Part shown: positions 17,331-27,450 of the stretch, in pieces | Layout: each line of letters starts with the position of its first letter | Position numbering within the stretch: the first letter of the stretch is position 1 | Origin: Bifidobacterium breve | GTDB taxonomy: Bacteria; Actinomycetota; Thermoleophilia; Gaiellales; F1-60-MAGs149 | Direction: 5' to 3' | Assembly: GCA_945877865.1 (NCBI GenBank) | Contig: CAMDVX010000001.1 | Location: forward strand, 18,728 to 82,727 | Length of the DNA: 64,000 nt | The notes under the pieces: model-generated | What the model was told of the DNA's origin: nothing | What the model saw: the letters and a program-made list of their open reading frames with translations, nothing else | Database searches by the model: none | Translations under genes and position numbers: made by a program

Positions 17331-18328
17331 CGGCGCAGCGCCGATTCGCTTGCATGCCGCTGCAGCGCTAGCTCGAGCAAGCGGTCAAGCAGCTCGCCGT
17401 AGCCGATACCGCTAGCCGCGAAGAGGCGCGCGTAGTAGCTCGTGGCGGTAAACCCGGGGATGGTGTTCAGCTCGTTGAGGACGATGCGCCCTGAGGTCGT
17501 GTAGAAGAAGTCGACCCGGGCCATGCCGTGGCAGGCGCAGGCAGCGAAGGCCTTCGCGGCCTGCGCCCTAATCTCTGTGCTCGTCGCCTCTGGCAGGTCG
17601 GCAGGGACCACGAGCGATGAGCCCCCTGCCGTGTATTTGGCTGCGTAGTCGTACCAATCGCTGGCAAATTGAATCTCGCCGACAACCGACACCACCAGCT
17701 CGGGGACGAGCCCGAGCACGCCGCACTCGACTTCGCTGCCGACCAGGAGCTCCTCGATGAGCACCTTGTCATCGTGGGCGAGAGCGAGCTCGAGCGCCGC
17801 CTCAAGCTCGAGGGCCGACGCCACGCGCGAGATGCCAACGCTCGAACCAAGCCGCGCTGGCTTCACGAAGACGGGGTACCCGAGCTCGTCACCGACCCGC
17901 TCCCGTAGCACGGCAGGGTCGTCGAGTGGCCCCACCAAGATTTGCCGCGCCACGTCGATGCCCGCGTCGCGGAGCTCCACCTTGCAGCGCTCCTTGTCCA
18001 TCGTCAGCGCAGAACCCAGCACGCCCGAGCCCACGTAGGGAACCCCGAGCATCTCCAGCAGTCCCTGGACGGTGCCGTCCTCGCCAAAGGGACCATGGAG
18101 CACGGGAAAGACGACGTCGCTCGCGAGCGGCCCGCCGCCGCCCGGCGTCAGGTGCACCTCTGCTCCGGCTGCATCGGTCCAGCGGCCCGCAGCGTCGATC
18201 GTGATGGAGACCACGTCGTAGCGCCTTGGATCGAGACCCTCGCTGACGCTGGCTGCAGACCGGAGCGAGACGTCGTGCTCGGACGAGCGGCCGCCGCCGA
18301 GGACGGCCACCCGGACCCGATCGGCCAC
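17327..18328 (-). CDS. ddl: D-alanine--D-alanine ligase
   Basis: 333 aa with VAVLGGGRSSEHDVSLRSA, VLHGPFGEDGTVQGLLE and an ATP-grasp C-terminal half (LNELNTIPGFT). The GTG start shares one nt with the pknB stop. Confidence 0.92.
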   Translation of the reverse strand: MADRVRVAVLGGGRSSEHDVSLRSAASVSEGLDPRRYDVVSITIDAAGRWTDAAGAEVHLTPGGGGPLASDVVFPVLHGPFGEDGTVQGLLEMLGVPYVGSGVLGSALTMDKERCKVELRDAGIDVARQILVGPLDDPAVLRERVGDELGYPVFVKPARLGSSVGISRVASALELEAALELALAHDDKVLIEELLVGSEVECGVLGLVPELVVSVVGEIQFASDWYDYAAKYTAGGSSLVVPADLPEATSTEIRAQAAKAFAACACHGMARVDFFYTTSGRIVLNELNTIPGFTATSYYARLFAASGIGYGELLDRLLELALQRHASESALRR

Positions 18329-20265
18329 TACGTGGCGCTTCCGGTGTAGCGCCCGATCACGATGCTGACCGGCGAGCCCTGCGGGCGCTTCGATTCGCCG
18401 GCGGGATTCTGCGAGATCACGATCCCGTCCTGGGCCGGATCGCCGACGGACTGCTCCTGCGTGTCTGCCGTGAAACCGGCGTCTGAGATCGCAGCCTCGG
18501 CGTCGCCACGGCTGAGGTTGAGGACGGAGGGGACGGTAGCCGTGGCTGGTCCGGAGGAGACGACGACGTTGACGGCTGCACCTACCGCGGCAGGAGATCC
18601 CGACGGCGGATCCTGCGAGACCACCTGACCGGCGGGCTCAGTGCCCGCGGCCTCGGTCTTTGAGCCGAGCGACAGCCCGCTCGCGATCAGCGTGTTCTCG
18701 GCATTGGTGACGTCCATACCGACGACGTTCGGAACGGTTTCCTGCGCCGTCCCCTTCGAGACCGTGAGCTCGACCGTGGTGCCTGGCTTCGCCTCGATGC
18801 CGCCGGATGGGGACTGTGAGATCACGCGCCCAGCCTCAACGGTGTCCGACGCCTGCTCGGTGACCCGCACGATCAGGTTGGCGGCCTCGAGCTTCGCACG
18901 GGCTTCAGCGGTGCTGAGGCCCGTGACATCGGGGACAGCGAGGGCATTTGGCCCCTGCGACACGTCGAGCTCAATGGTCGAACCGGACGGAGCGGACTCG
19001 CCGGCTCCTGGACGCTGTGCCATGACCTGCCCGATGGGCACGTCAGCCGCTGCGACCGGCACGACCCTGACCACGAAGCCTGCCTGCTCCAACGTGCTGG
19101 TCGCCTCGGCCTGCTGCATCCCAACCACACTGGGGATGCTGACCGAGAGGCCGGTGGTGATCAGTGGCTGGCCGCCGTCTTCGCCGCCACCGCCCAGAGC
19201 GAAGATGCCGCCGAGGATCGCGACGGCGATGACGCCAAGCACGGCAAGCAGCACCCAGAGCCGCCGGCGATTTGGATTGCCGTGGTAATGGGCTGGCCCG
19301 GCGTTGCGGGGAGGCCCGCTGCGTGGCGGCGGAGGCGGCGCGACCATCGTCTCCGTGTTCTCCGGCGCCCGTCGGCGCGGCGTGGCGATCGTCGCGGCGC
19401 TGACCAGCGTGGTCTCCTCGCTCACGGCCATCCCCTGGCGCACGCGATCGAGCTCGGCGCCCATCTCGTCTGCGCTCTGGTACCGATGAGCGGGGTTCTT
19501 CGTCAGTGCGCGCATCACGACCGCTTCGAGGTCTGACGACACGAGCGGATTGCGGTCGCTGAGCGGCTCTGGCGCCTCTTGCACCTGACGCATCGCGACC
19601 GTCACGGCAGCCTCGCCCTCAAAGGGCACGCGGCCAGAGAGCATCTCGTAGAGCACGATCCCGACTGCGTAGAGGTCGGCGGGTGGGCCAACGGGCAGCC
19701 CACGGGCCTGCTCGGGCGCAAGATACTGAGCGGTACCGACGATCGAGCCGGCCTCAGTCATCTCCGTCTCACCGGCGCGGGCAATGCCGAAGTCAGCCAC
19801 CTTCGCCTTGCCATCAGCCTGGACGAGAATGTTCTGGGGCTTGACGTCGCGGTGGATGACGCCTTCCTGGTGGGCGACGCGGAGCGCGGCGAGAATCTGC
19901 AGGGCGAAGCCGATTGCGCGCTTCGATTCGAGCGGTCCCTCGCGGCGGATCAGCTCCTTGAGCGTCTCACCATCGACGAACTCCTGCACGATGTACGACA
20001 CGCCGTCGGTCTGCGCATGGTCGTAGACCTGCACGATGTTCGAGTGGTTTAGCCGCGCGGCAGAGCGCGCCTCGCGCTGGAAGCGCTCGATGAAGTGGGG
20101 GTCGTCGCTGTAGCGGTCGGCGAGCACCTTGACTGCGACGTTCCGGTGCAGGGACTCGTCCTCCGCGAGGAACACCCGGGCCATCCCGCCCTGCCCAAGG
20201 CGCCCGATGATGCGATAGCGCCCATCGAACAGGGCGCCGGGAGAGGTGTCGTGAGTCTGGTTCAT
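18328..20265 (-). CDS. pknB: Ser/Thr protein kinase with PASTA repeats
   Basis: Kinase motifs VAVKVL, HRDVKPQNIL, DFGIA and YLAPEQ. One TM helix. Four PASTA-like repeats (VPSVVGM..., VPDVTGL..., VPNVVGM..., VPSVLNL...). Confidence 0.93.
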   Translation of the reverse strand: MNQTHDTSPGALFDGRYRIIGRLGQGGMARVFLAEDESLHRNVAVKVLADRYSDDPHFIERFQREARSAARLNHSNIVQVYDHAQTDGVSYIVQEFVDGETLKELIRREGPLESKRAIGFALQILAALRVAHQEGVIHRDVKPQNILVQADGKAKVADFGIARAGETEMTEAGSIVGTAQYLAPEQARGLPVGPPADLYAVGIVLYEMLSGRVPFEGEAAVTVAMRQVQEAPEPLSDRNPLVSSDLEAVVMRALTKNPAHRYQSADEMGAELDRVRQGMAVSEETTLVSAATIATPRRRAPENTETMVAPPPPPRSGPPRNAGPAHYHGNPNRRRLWVLLAVLGVIAVAILGGIFALGGGGEDGGQPLITTGLSVSIPSVVGMQQAEATSTLEQAGFVVRVVPVAAADVPIGQVMAQRPGAGESAPSGSTIELDVSQGPNALAVPDVTGLSTAEARAKLEAANLIVRVTEQASDTVEAGRVISQSPSGGIEAKPGTTVELTVSKGTAQETVPNVVGMDVTNAENTLIASGLSLGSKTEAAGTEPAGQVVSQDPPSGSPAAVGAAVNVVVSSGPATATVPSVLNLSRGDAEAAISDAGFTADTQEQSVGDPAQDGIVISQNPAGESKRPQGSPVSIVIGRYTGSAT

Positions 20266-20287
20266 TGGTGCGTCCTTAGGGATTGTC

Positions 20288-21730
20288 TCACGTCGGCTGC
20301 GAGGTCAGCGCCCGCAGCACCTCGGCAGCAATCGGAGCGGCCACGTCGCCACCCGTACCGGCGACGTCCTCCACGAGCACCGCGAAGGCGAAGCGGGGCG
20401 CATTCGAGGGAGCGAAGCCGATGAACCATGCGTCATTATGGCCCGCACGGCCCGTCTCTGCAGTGCCCGTCTTACCGGCGACATCGAGCCCTTGGACCGC
20501 TGCCGCCGCGCCGGTGCCTTCATCCACGACCTGACGCATGAGCGCGCGCAGGGTGGCGGCGGTTTCGGTTGTCATCGCACGGCCAAGATAGACCGTGGTC
20601 GGTCGGCGTGCCACGGAGCCATCGGGTGCGCGAACCTCCAGCACCGGCTCCGGCTGGACGAGCTGACCGCCGTTGGCCACCGCGGCCGCCACCTGCGCCA
20701 TCTGGAGCGGCGTGGCGAGCAGGCGCTCTTGCCCGATTGCGAGCCGCGGAACGTCAATTGGCGCCGTCGCCGGAAGCAGATTTCCGTTCCGATCGAAGAT
20801 GCCGGATGGCAGCGTCTGGTCGGGTGGGTAGTCGAAGGGAATTCGCCGGAAGAATCCGAATCCGCGCATGGTCGCCTCGAGGGCGTCTCGCCCGGTCTTG
20901 GCGCCGACGTCGGCGAAGGTGGTGTTGATCGAATGCACGAGCGCATAGGCGAACGTATGCGGTCCGTAGGCGCGGCTCTTGTAGTTGCAGAGCCTCTCGC
21001 CGCCAGAATCGATGCAGTCGGGTCCGGGGAACGAGGTGTCGGGCGTGACAGCGCCGGCGTCGAGCGCGCTGGCGGCGGTGACGACCTTAAACGTCGAGCC
21101 GGGCGGGTAGAGACCTTGGGTGGCCCGATTGAGCAGCGGAGACTCAGGATTGCTGAGCGCAGCGTCGAGGCCGTCATTTGGGTTGAACGTCGGGGTGGAG
21201 GCCATCACGAGCAGGCCTCCCGTGCTTGGGTCAAGCACGATCACGCTGCCACGCACGCCGAGCGCGGTCAGGCGCTCCATCGCCACGCGCTGCGCGGATG
21301 CCACGAGCCGGAGCACCACGTCGTCACCGTGGACGGTGTCGCCCCTGAGGCGATCGAAGGCGGTGCCAATGCCTGCCAGATCACTCGTGCTGCCGGTCAG
21401 CTCTGGGTCGAGCGATCGCTCCAGCCCGGCCCGGCCCGCCACCAGCGAGGAGTAGCCGACCAGCTGGGCCGCTAGGCCGTCCTGCGGATAGCGACGCACG
21501 AAGACGCTGCGGCCGTCCAGCCGCCCAGGAACTGACTGCGCGAGCACGACGCCGTCCGAGGACGTGATCGACCCACGCGCGATCTCAAGGTCGCGGTAGA
21601 CCAGGCGCACGTTCGCCCGGCGAGCCTCCAAGGAGCCACGGGCCACGACCTGCCAGTAGCTCGTCATCACGATCAGCGCGACGAGGGCGCCGCAGACCGC
21701 AAGGAAGACGTGGCTGATGCGCGCGTTCAC
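20288..21730 (-). CDS. pbpA: class B penicillin-binding protein (transpeptidase)
   Basis: Motifs STFK, HSINT and KTGTA. N-terminal membrane anchor. Position between rodA and pknB. Confidence 0.9.
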   Translation of the reverse strand: MNARISHVFLAVCGALVALIVMTSYWQVVARGSLEARRANVRLVYRDLEIARGSITSSDGVVLAQSVPGRLDGRSVFVRRYPQDGLAAQLVGYSSLVAGRAGLERSLDPELTGSTSDLAGIGTAFDRLRGDTVHGDDVVLRLVASAQRVAMERLTALGVRGSVIVLDPSTGGLLVMASTPTFNPNDGLDAALSNPESPLLNRATQGLYPPGSTFKVVTAASALDAGAVTPDTSFPGPDCIDSGGERLCNYKSRAYGPHTFAYALVHSINTTFADVGAKTGRDALEATMRGFGFFRRIPFDYPPDQTLPSGIFDRNGNLLPATAPIDVPRLAIGQERLLATPLQMAQVAAAVANGGQLVQPEPVLEVRAPDGSVARRPTTVYLGRAMTTETAATLRALMRQVVDEGTGAAAAVQGLDVAGKTGTAETGRAGHNDAWFIGFAPSNAPRFAFAVLVEDVAGTGGDVAAPIAAEVLRALTSQPT

Positions 21731-23067
21731 GCCCGCTCCCGATTGGCGCGCTGTGAGACGCAGAGCAGCAGCGCGGCGATGGCGAAGTTTGCGGTGACGC
21801 TCGAACCACCGTACGACACGAAGGGCAGCGTCAGGCCCGTGAGCGGCAGCAGGCGCAGAATGCCGCCCACGATGACGAACGCCTGAAAGGCGACTGCCGT
21901 GGCGAGCCCGGCCGCCAGCAGCTTCGAGAAGCCATCGTCTGCCGTGGTGGCGATGCGAAAGCCGCGCCAGGCCAGCAGCAGGTAGAGGAGGATCACGGCG
22001 GTCACCCCAACCAGCCCCAGCTCGTTAGCGATGACGGAGAAGATGAAGTCGGTCTGGGCGAAGGGGATGATCGTGTCACCGCTGCTGTTGAGGATGAGGC
22101 CCCGACCGAAGCCTGCGCCGAGGACGCCGCCGTCCGCGATCGTGTAGATCGACTGCGTAATCTGGTAGCAGCACTGGGCCTGCTCGTCGACCCACGGGTT
22201 GAGCCAGCCGTCGATGCGACCTTGCACCTGCGGAGCGACCTGCAGCGCCGCCGCCGCGCCGAGCGCAAAGAGCCCGAGCCCGGCGCCGACGTAGAGCAGC
22301 CGCCCCGTGGCGACGTAGATCATGGCGAGCGCGATCACGTAGAACAGCAGCGACGTCCCAAGGTCGTTCATGGCGACGAGCAGGACGAGGGCGAGCCCCG
22401 ACAGGATCAGCAGCGGCAGGGCGTGTCGCAGCGCCGGGATCCCGATCCCGAGCACCTGGCGAACCGGCGCGGCGAGCACCTCACGGCGCTCCCGCAGGTA
22501 GGCGGCGAGGAAGACGACGAGGAGGATCTTGGCGAACTCACCCGGTTGGATCTGAAGCCCGGCGACGCGGATCCAGAGCCGCGCGCCGTTGACCTCCGTG
22601 CCAAGCCCGATCGTCAGCAGCAGCAGCACGACGGCGAGCGCGCCGCAGGTGTACCGCAGCTCCTCCAGCCTGCGGATGTTGCGGAAGGCCACGACGACGG
22701 CAATGAACAAGGCGAGGCCGACGAGAATCCACACCCCCTGATCGCGCGCGAGCTGCGGCGAGATCCGGTAGATCTCGATTAGACCGATCGCCGTCAGCAC
22801 GGCGGTGATCGGCAGGACGTACGCATCTGCGTCAGGCAGCGCCGCTCGCATCACGATGTGGGCGCTGAGGTAGGCGGCGGCGAAGAGGCCGGCCGCGATT
22901 AAGGGATCAGAGGCGAACTCCTGCGCCCGCGCCAGCTGCACCGCGGCGAAGCCCGCGGTCGTGATGGCGAGGGCGAGGACGATCAGCCCGAGCTCACGGT
23001 TGCGGGCTGGCAGCGCCAGCAGGCCCCGGGATTCGCTCACCCGCTGCCCTGCGGCTGCTGCAGCCAT
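21727..23067 (-). CDS. rodA: SEDS-family peptidoglycan polymerase (RodA/FtsW)
   Basis: 446 aa, ~10 TM helices, conserved QPGEFAKI and TDFIFSVI..ELG motifs. 4-nt overlap with pbpA. Confidence 0.9.
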   Translation of the reverse strand: MAAAAAGQRVSESRGLLALPARNRELGLIVLALAITTAGFAAVQLARAQEFASDPLIAAGLFAAAYLSAHIVMRAALPDADAYVLPITAVLTAIGLIEIYRISPQLARDQGVWILVGLALFIAVVVAFRNIRRLEELRYTCGALAVVLLLLTIGLGTEVNGARLWIRVAGLQIQPGEFAKILLVVFLAAYLRERREVLAAPVRQVLGIGIPALRHALPLLILSGLALVLLVAMNDLGTSLLFYVIALAMIYVATGRLLYVGAGLGLFALGAAAALQVAPQVQGRIDGWLNPWVDEQAQCCYQITQSIYTIADGGVLGAGFGRGLILNSSGDTIIPFAQTDFIFSVIANELGLVGVTAVILLYLLLAWRGFRIATTADDGFSKLLAAGLATAVAFQAFVIVGGILRLLPLTGLTLPFVSYGGSSVTANFAIAALLLCVSQRANRERA

Positions 23068-24206
23068 GGCGAGGCCGTGACGAGCGAATCAATCTCACCC
23101 TGCGCGCGAGCTCTGGAGCCCAGCTGCTGGTTGAGCAGCCCGGTTCGCTGATCGACCGACAGCACGGCGATTGGGACGGAGGAGATCGCGACGACGCGGT
23201 ACAGGGCGATGCCGTTTGGAAGCTCTAGCGGCAGGCCCTGATAGACGCCCAGCTGGCCACCGGGCGTTGCTCCAATAAAGTGAACCCAGTGCAGGCCGGC
23301 GGCCAGCAGGCCTGCACAGGCGATTCCGATGACGCACGCGACGACCGCGAACATAACGAAGCGTCCGCGGCGCACCGGCGCAGGCTGTGGCGTCGAGTCG
23401 TCGGGGCCCGTCTGGTCATCCGCCGGGCCGACAGTCAGCGCAGTCGCCGGGAGGATCACGACGGGTGCCCGCTCGACCGGGGCAGCACCGTCAGCTTCGC
23501 TACGGACGCCCACGCGGAGCAGGACGGCCGTCGAGTTGTCCTCTCCACCAGCAGCGTTGGCAGCACGGACGAGCTCGCGTGCGGCCTCGTCAAGGCTCTT
23601 GGCGCTCTTCATGATGCGCGCGAGCTCGGGATCTGAAACCATGCCGGAGAGCCCGTCGCTGCAGAGCAGGAGCACGTCGTCTGGCTCAGCCGGGACGCGG
23701 ATGACGTCGACCTCAACGCCGATGTCAGCGCCGAGGGCGCGCGTGATCACGGAGCGCTGCGGGTGTCGCTCCGCCTGCGCCGGCGTGATCTCGCCACGCC
23801 GCACGAGCTCGCCGACGAGCGAGTGATCATCAGTGACCTGCCGAAGCTCGCCCGCTCGGTAGAGGTAGGCCCGCGAATCCCCCACGTGGGCGATCACGAG
23901 GGTCGACTCATGGACCAGCACGGCCGTGACGGTCGTGCCCATCCCCAGCAGCGAAGGATCCTCATGGGAGGCCTCAAAGATCCGCCCGTTAGCGCCCTCG
24001 ATCGCCTCTGCCAGGGACTGGCTGCTCTCTGACAGCCCATGCAGGGCGGCGACGGCCATGGCGCTGGCAACCTCGCCCGCCCGAGCCCCACCCATTCCGT
24101 CGGCAACCGCGAAGACCGGGTCGTCTAGGAGCAGCGCGTCCTCGTTGGACTGCCGAATCTGGCCGACGTCGCTGCACGCGCCTGTTTCGAGGACCACGAG
24201 CGTCAT
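23037..24206 (-). CDS. pstP: PP2C-family Ser/Thr phosphatase with C-terminal membrane anchor
   Basis: Motifs SDVGQIRQSNEDA, ADGMGGARAGEVAS, LLCSDGL and GGEDNSTAV. A TM helix follows a Pro-rich linker. Confidence 0.9.
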   Translation of the reverse strand: MTLVVLETGACSDVGQIRQSNEDALLLDDPVFAVADGMGGARAGEVASAMAVAALHGLSESSQSLAEAIEGANGRIFEASHEDPSLLGMGTTVTAVLVHESTLVIAHVGDSRAYLYRAGELRQVTDDHSLVGELVRRGEITPAQAERHPQRSVITRALGADIGVEVDVIRVPAEPDDVLLLCSDGLSGMVSDPELARIMKSAKSLDEAARELVRAANAAGGEDNSTAVLLRVGVRSEADGAAPVERAPVVILPATALTVGPADDQTGPDDSTPQPAPVRRGRFVMFAVVACVIGIACAGLLAAGLHWVHFIGATPGGQLGVYQGLPLELPNGIALYRVVAISSVPIAVLSVDQRTGLLNQQLGSRARAQGEIDSLVTASPWLQQPQGSG

Positions 24207-24685
24207 CGCTTGCCTCCTGTCTCGTAGATCATGCGCGTTGACCCCACGGACAGCTCATCGCCTGGTCGGAGGGCCGTCTCGGCGGAGATGCGCTCGCCGT
24301 TGACGAACGTCCCGTTCGTCGACCCGAGGTCCGAGACCGTTGGCGAGCCGTTGCGGGCCCGCACGAGCGCATGACGGGCCGAGACGAACGTGTCGCCCTC
24401 CAGCATGGCGGCGGCCGACGGGTCACGCCCGAGCAGCACCTCGTCCGCGTCGAGCACGACCGCGGCGCCGACGGGGAGCACGTCGCTCGCGACGACGAGC
24501 AGGCGGCCAGCAGGCTTGGGCGCCTCCACCTTCGGCAGCGCGTCAAAGCCGTGGCCCGGGCTGAGGATCATGCTCTCTGCGGAGCCACGGACATCGCGAA
24601 TGGCCGTCCTCGCGATGCGCCAGACGAACAGGTAGAGCAGGGCGAGAACCCCGATCCGAAGGAGGAGTAGGGCCTGATCGACCAC
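24203..24685 (-). CDS. fhaB: FHA-domain protein FhaB/FipA-like
   Basis: N-terminal TM helix plus a C-terminal FHA domain (LGRDP......VSARHA....NG...V.DLGSTNGTFVNG). Confidence 0.85.
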   Translation of the reverse strand: MVDQALLLLRIGVLALLYLFVWRIARTAIRDVRGSAESMILSPGHGFDALPKVEAPKPAGRLLVVASDVLPVGAAVVLDADEVLLGRDPSAAAMLEGDTFVSARHALVRARNGSPTVSDLGSTNGTFVNGERISAETALRPGDELSVGSTRMIYETGGKR

Positions 24686-24688
24686 GGC

Positions 24689-25510
24689 TCAGCCGTGCCG
24701 TCGCTCGATCCGCAGCGTGCTGGTCCCGATCGTGATCTCGTCGCCAGTTCCGATCGTGGCGCTGCGGATTCGACGGCCATTGACCATCGTCCCGTTCGTG
24801 GAGTCGAGATCACGCAGGACGAAGCCCTCATCGCTGCGACCGAGCTCTGCGTGGCGACGTGACGCGTTGCCGTCAGAGAGCGGAACGTCACAGTCTTGGC
24901 TGCGACCGATTACTACCGGCGTGGCGCCGATCGGGCAGACGCCCCCGCTCCAGACGACGGCCCAGTCTGCGACCGGGGCGCTGACACGTGCTGGCTCGGG
25001 CGAGCCCCCGAAGTACTCCTCCATGCTGTCGTCGGCCTCAAAGGCAGCCTGGGCCGCCAGGGCAGGCGTCGCAACCGGCGGCGCGTCCGGAGTGAACTCG
25101 GCGGGCGGGCGGGCTCTGGCGCTCGGCGATGGAGTCTCCTCCATCTGCGCGGCGATGCCGAACGAACCCACCTCAAGCTCCTCGGCCGTCTCGATCAGCA
25201 CGCGTGCCCGGCCGGGCAGCGAGAAGCCCTCACGACGAGCGTGCTCTGTGAGGTAGCCAGCGAGCTCTGTGCGCAGCCGTGCCTCGTAGGAGAAGAACTG
25301 GTCGCGATCGTCTGGTGCGAGGAAGACGGTGTAGACGTTCGGAACGTACACCTGCGAGACCGAGATGACCTTGTTGTCGTCCATCTCCTTGGTCAGCTTG
25401 CGTGCTAGCTCGACAGGCTGCACGTTGGAGCGAAAGGTCCGACCGATGCCGCCTTCGAAGACTCCCTCCAGCCGATTCTCGATTCGTCGCAGAAAACCCA
25501 TCTGATTCAT
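24689..25510 (-). CDS. fhaA: FhaA-like protein (DUF3662 N-domain + FHA)
   Basis: N-terminus MGFLRRIENRLEGVFEG..GRTFRSNVQPVELARKL, then a linker and a C-terminal FHA domain (IGRSQDCDV...ASRRHAEL...LRDLDSTNGTMVNG). Confidence 0.85.
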   Translation of the reverse strand: MNQMGFLRRIENRLEGVFEGGIGRTFRSNVQPVELARKLTKEMDDNKVISVSQVYVPNVYTVFLAPDDRDQFFSYEARLRTELAGYLTEHARREGFSLPGRARVLIETAEELEVGSFGIAAQMEETPSPSARARPPAEFTPDAPPVATPALAAQAAFEADDSMEEYFGGSPEPARVSAPVADWAVVWSGGVCPIGATPVVIGRSQDCDVPLSDGNASRRHAELGRSDEGFVLRDLDSTNGTMVNGRRIRSATIGTGDEITIGTSTLRIERRHG

Positions 25511-27366
25511 CCTCTAGTCGGTCGTTCCGGCGGCATGCCCGGATGGCGCTGCGAAGCCGTGGGCAGACGAGACCGCACTACGATGACTATACCTGCCACC
25601 CCTGCGCCCACGAGGATGGCAGCGGGGGCGACGACTGTCGTTCCGGCGAGCACAGCAGCTGCTGCGGTCCCGAGGGAGCCGAGGCCGAGCCACAGCATGG
25701 TGGCGATCAGCAGCCCGCGCCCGTGGGCTGCGAGGAGTCGAGGCGCTGTCACGGCCATGGCGGCCCAGATGAGGGCGACCACGAGCGGCGGATAGCCGAT
25801 TGCAGAACCAACGGCAGCTGCGGTCGCAATGGCATCGTCGCTGCTCTGGATGGCGGTGCCGAGGCCGCGCAGGCTCGGCATCGGGATCAGCGGCGAGCCC
25901 GTGCCCACCAGGCCAACGGCAACGGTCATGACGATGCCGCCGACCGCACCGAGCGCGGCACGCACGTGGCTGCGACGCGCGGTTCCGGCAAGCAGCGGAT
26001 AGAGGGCCCACGCGAAGCACACCGTTAGGATCGGCGCGAGCACAGGCAGAAGCACGCGTCTTCCATCGCGGGCCAGCAGCGCGATCCAGGCGACGATCAG
26101 CAGTGCTGCGCCGGGCACAAGGCCGAAGGCGAGATTGCCGAGCAGCGGCAGCGACGCCAGCAGCACCAGGCCGCCGGCCAGCAGCGGTAGCCGCAGCGCA
26201 ACGATCGCCAGCACCACGCCGATCGCGATTGGCCAGCCCGTGGGGTAGAACGGCAGCGCGCTCAGCGTCAGCGCCGCGCCGGCTCCGGTCAGACCCGCAG
26301 TCCACGGGATGCGGGCGAGGCGCTTGGGGCTCTGACGCGGCCGGGTCGAACCTGTCGGCTGCTGCTCCTCTGCGGCTGCCTCGGGCTCGGCCTCCTGCTC
26401 GAAAGCCTCCTCCTGCGGATCGGGGACGGCGCGCAGCCAGCGGTCCCGCATGCGAATGTGGAAGTCGTGGGCGGGAAGCTCAATGGAGCCTTCGCCGTCG
26501 GCGTCGCCCCGCTCGAGCGCGCTCGCGCCACGCAGCAGCGCGTCTCGCAGCTGTGCTGGCAGGGGCCTCCGCTGGTAGTCCAGGTCGAGCGCGCGGTCAA
26601 TCATCTTCGTGGTGATCGACGGGAGGTCAGGCCGCTCGGTGCGCAGCGAGAGCTGGAGGCTGCGGTGCCGCTCGGTCAGCTCGACGGGGTTCTTCGAGCG
26701 ATAGGGGTTCGTTCGCGTCAGGGCCTCATAGGCGACGAGCGCCGCCGCCCAGACGTCGACGGCACCGGTCTGCATCTCGCCGCGGACCTGCTCTGGGGCC
26801 ATGTACGAGAGCGTCCCGAGCAGGCTCTCGTCGACGGTCGCGTCCGGCTGATCGATCTGGGCGATGCCGAAATCGGTCAGCTTGAGAATGCCATCGTCGC
26901 GCAGCAGGATGTTGCCCGGCTTGACGTCGCGATGAATGACGTGGTTGGCATGGGCGTGCTCAAGCGCATCGCAGACAGCGGCGACTGCGCGCAAGATCTC
27001 CGACTCCTCGAGCCGCCGCTCCTTGAGGACGATCGCGAGGTCGCTACCGCGAACCAGCTCGAAGGCCACGTAGATGTAGTCCTCGTCCTCAATGCTGTCG
27101 ATCAGGCGCACGATGGCGGCGTGGTTGAGCGAGCTGACCGCCCGCATCTCACGGCGGGCGCGCTTGCGTAGCCGCTCCTCGGCGGGGATCGCCTTGAGTG
27201 CGACCATCTGTCCGTTCGTGAGGTCCTCTGCCTCGAAGACGGTCGCGCTGCCACCGAAGCCGATCGTCTCGACGATGCGGAAGCGGTTGCCGACGATCCC
27301 CTCCGGATAGAGCTGCGGCAGCACGCGCAATGGCGCCTTGCCGTTGCGCAGCGGATGGACCGTCAT
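25507..27366 (-). CDS. Ser/Thr protein kinase fused to a polytopic (~8-10 TM) C-terminal membrane domain
   Basis: Motifs VALKAI, HRDVKPGNILL, DFGIA and SYMAPEQ indicate an active kinase. The last ~280 aa are almost entirely hydrophobic helices. 4-nt overlap with fhaA. Confidence 0.85.
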   Translation of the reverse strand: MTVHPLRNGKAPLRVLPQLYPEGIVGNRFRIVETIGFGGSATVFEAEDLTNGQMVALKAIPAEERLRKRARREMRAVSSLNHAAIVRLIDSIEDEDYIYVAFELVRGSDLAIVLKERRLEESEILRAVAAVCDALEHAHANHVIHRDVKPGNILLRDDGILKLTDFGIAQIDQPDATVDESLLGTLSYMAPEQVRGEMQTGAVDVWAAALVAYEALTRTNPYRSKNPVELTERHRSLQLSLRTERPDLPSITTKMIDRALDLDYQRRPLPAQLRDALLRGASALERGDADGEGSIELPAHDFHIRMRDRWLRAVPDPQEEAFEQEAEPEAAAEEQQPTGSTRPRQSPKRLARIPWTAGLTGAGAALTLSALPFYPTGWPIAIGVVLAIVALRLPLLAGGLVLLASLPLLGNLAFGLVPGAALLIVAWIALLARDGRRVLLPVLAPILTVCFAWALYPLLAGTARRSHVRAALGAVGGIVMTVAVGLVGTGSPLIPMPSLRGLGTAIQSSDDAIATAAAVGSAIGYPPLVVALIWAAMAVTAPRLLAAHGRGLLIATMLWLGLGSLGTAAAAVLAGTTVVAPAAILVGAGVAGIVIVVRSRLPTASQRHPGMPPERPTRG

Positions 27367-27450
27367 GAGCGCCCGCGCTCGTTCCGAGCAGGAGCGGCTG
27401 GTATCGTGTCGAAGAGAGGGGGCGCGATCACGCTCCCCGATTCGCCATCT

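Noticed and set aside
20438-21475. 345-aa plus-strand ORF, and similar ones at 36622-37623 and 35303-35725
   Set aside because: They are antisense to pbpA, to the FAD oxidoreductase and to the FlgD-Ig protein respectively. No motifs and shadow-frame composition.
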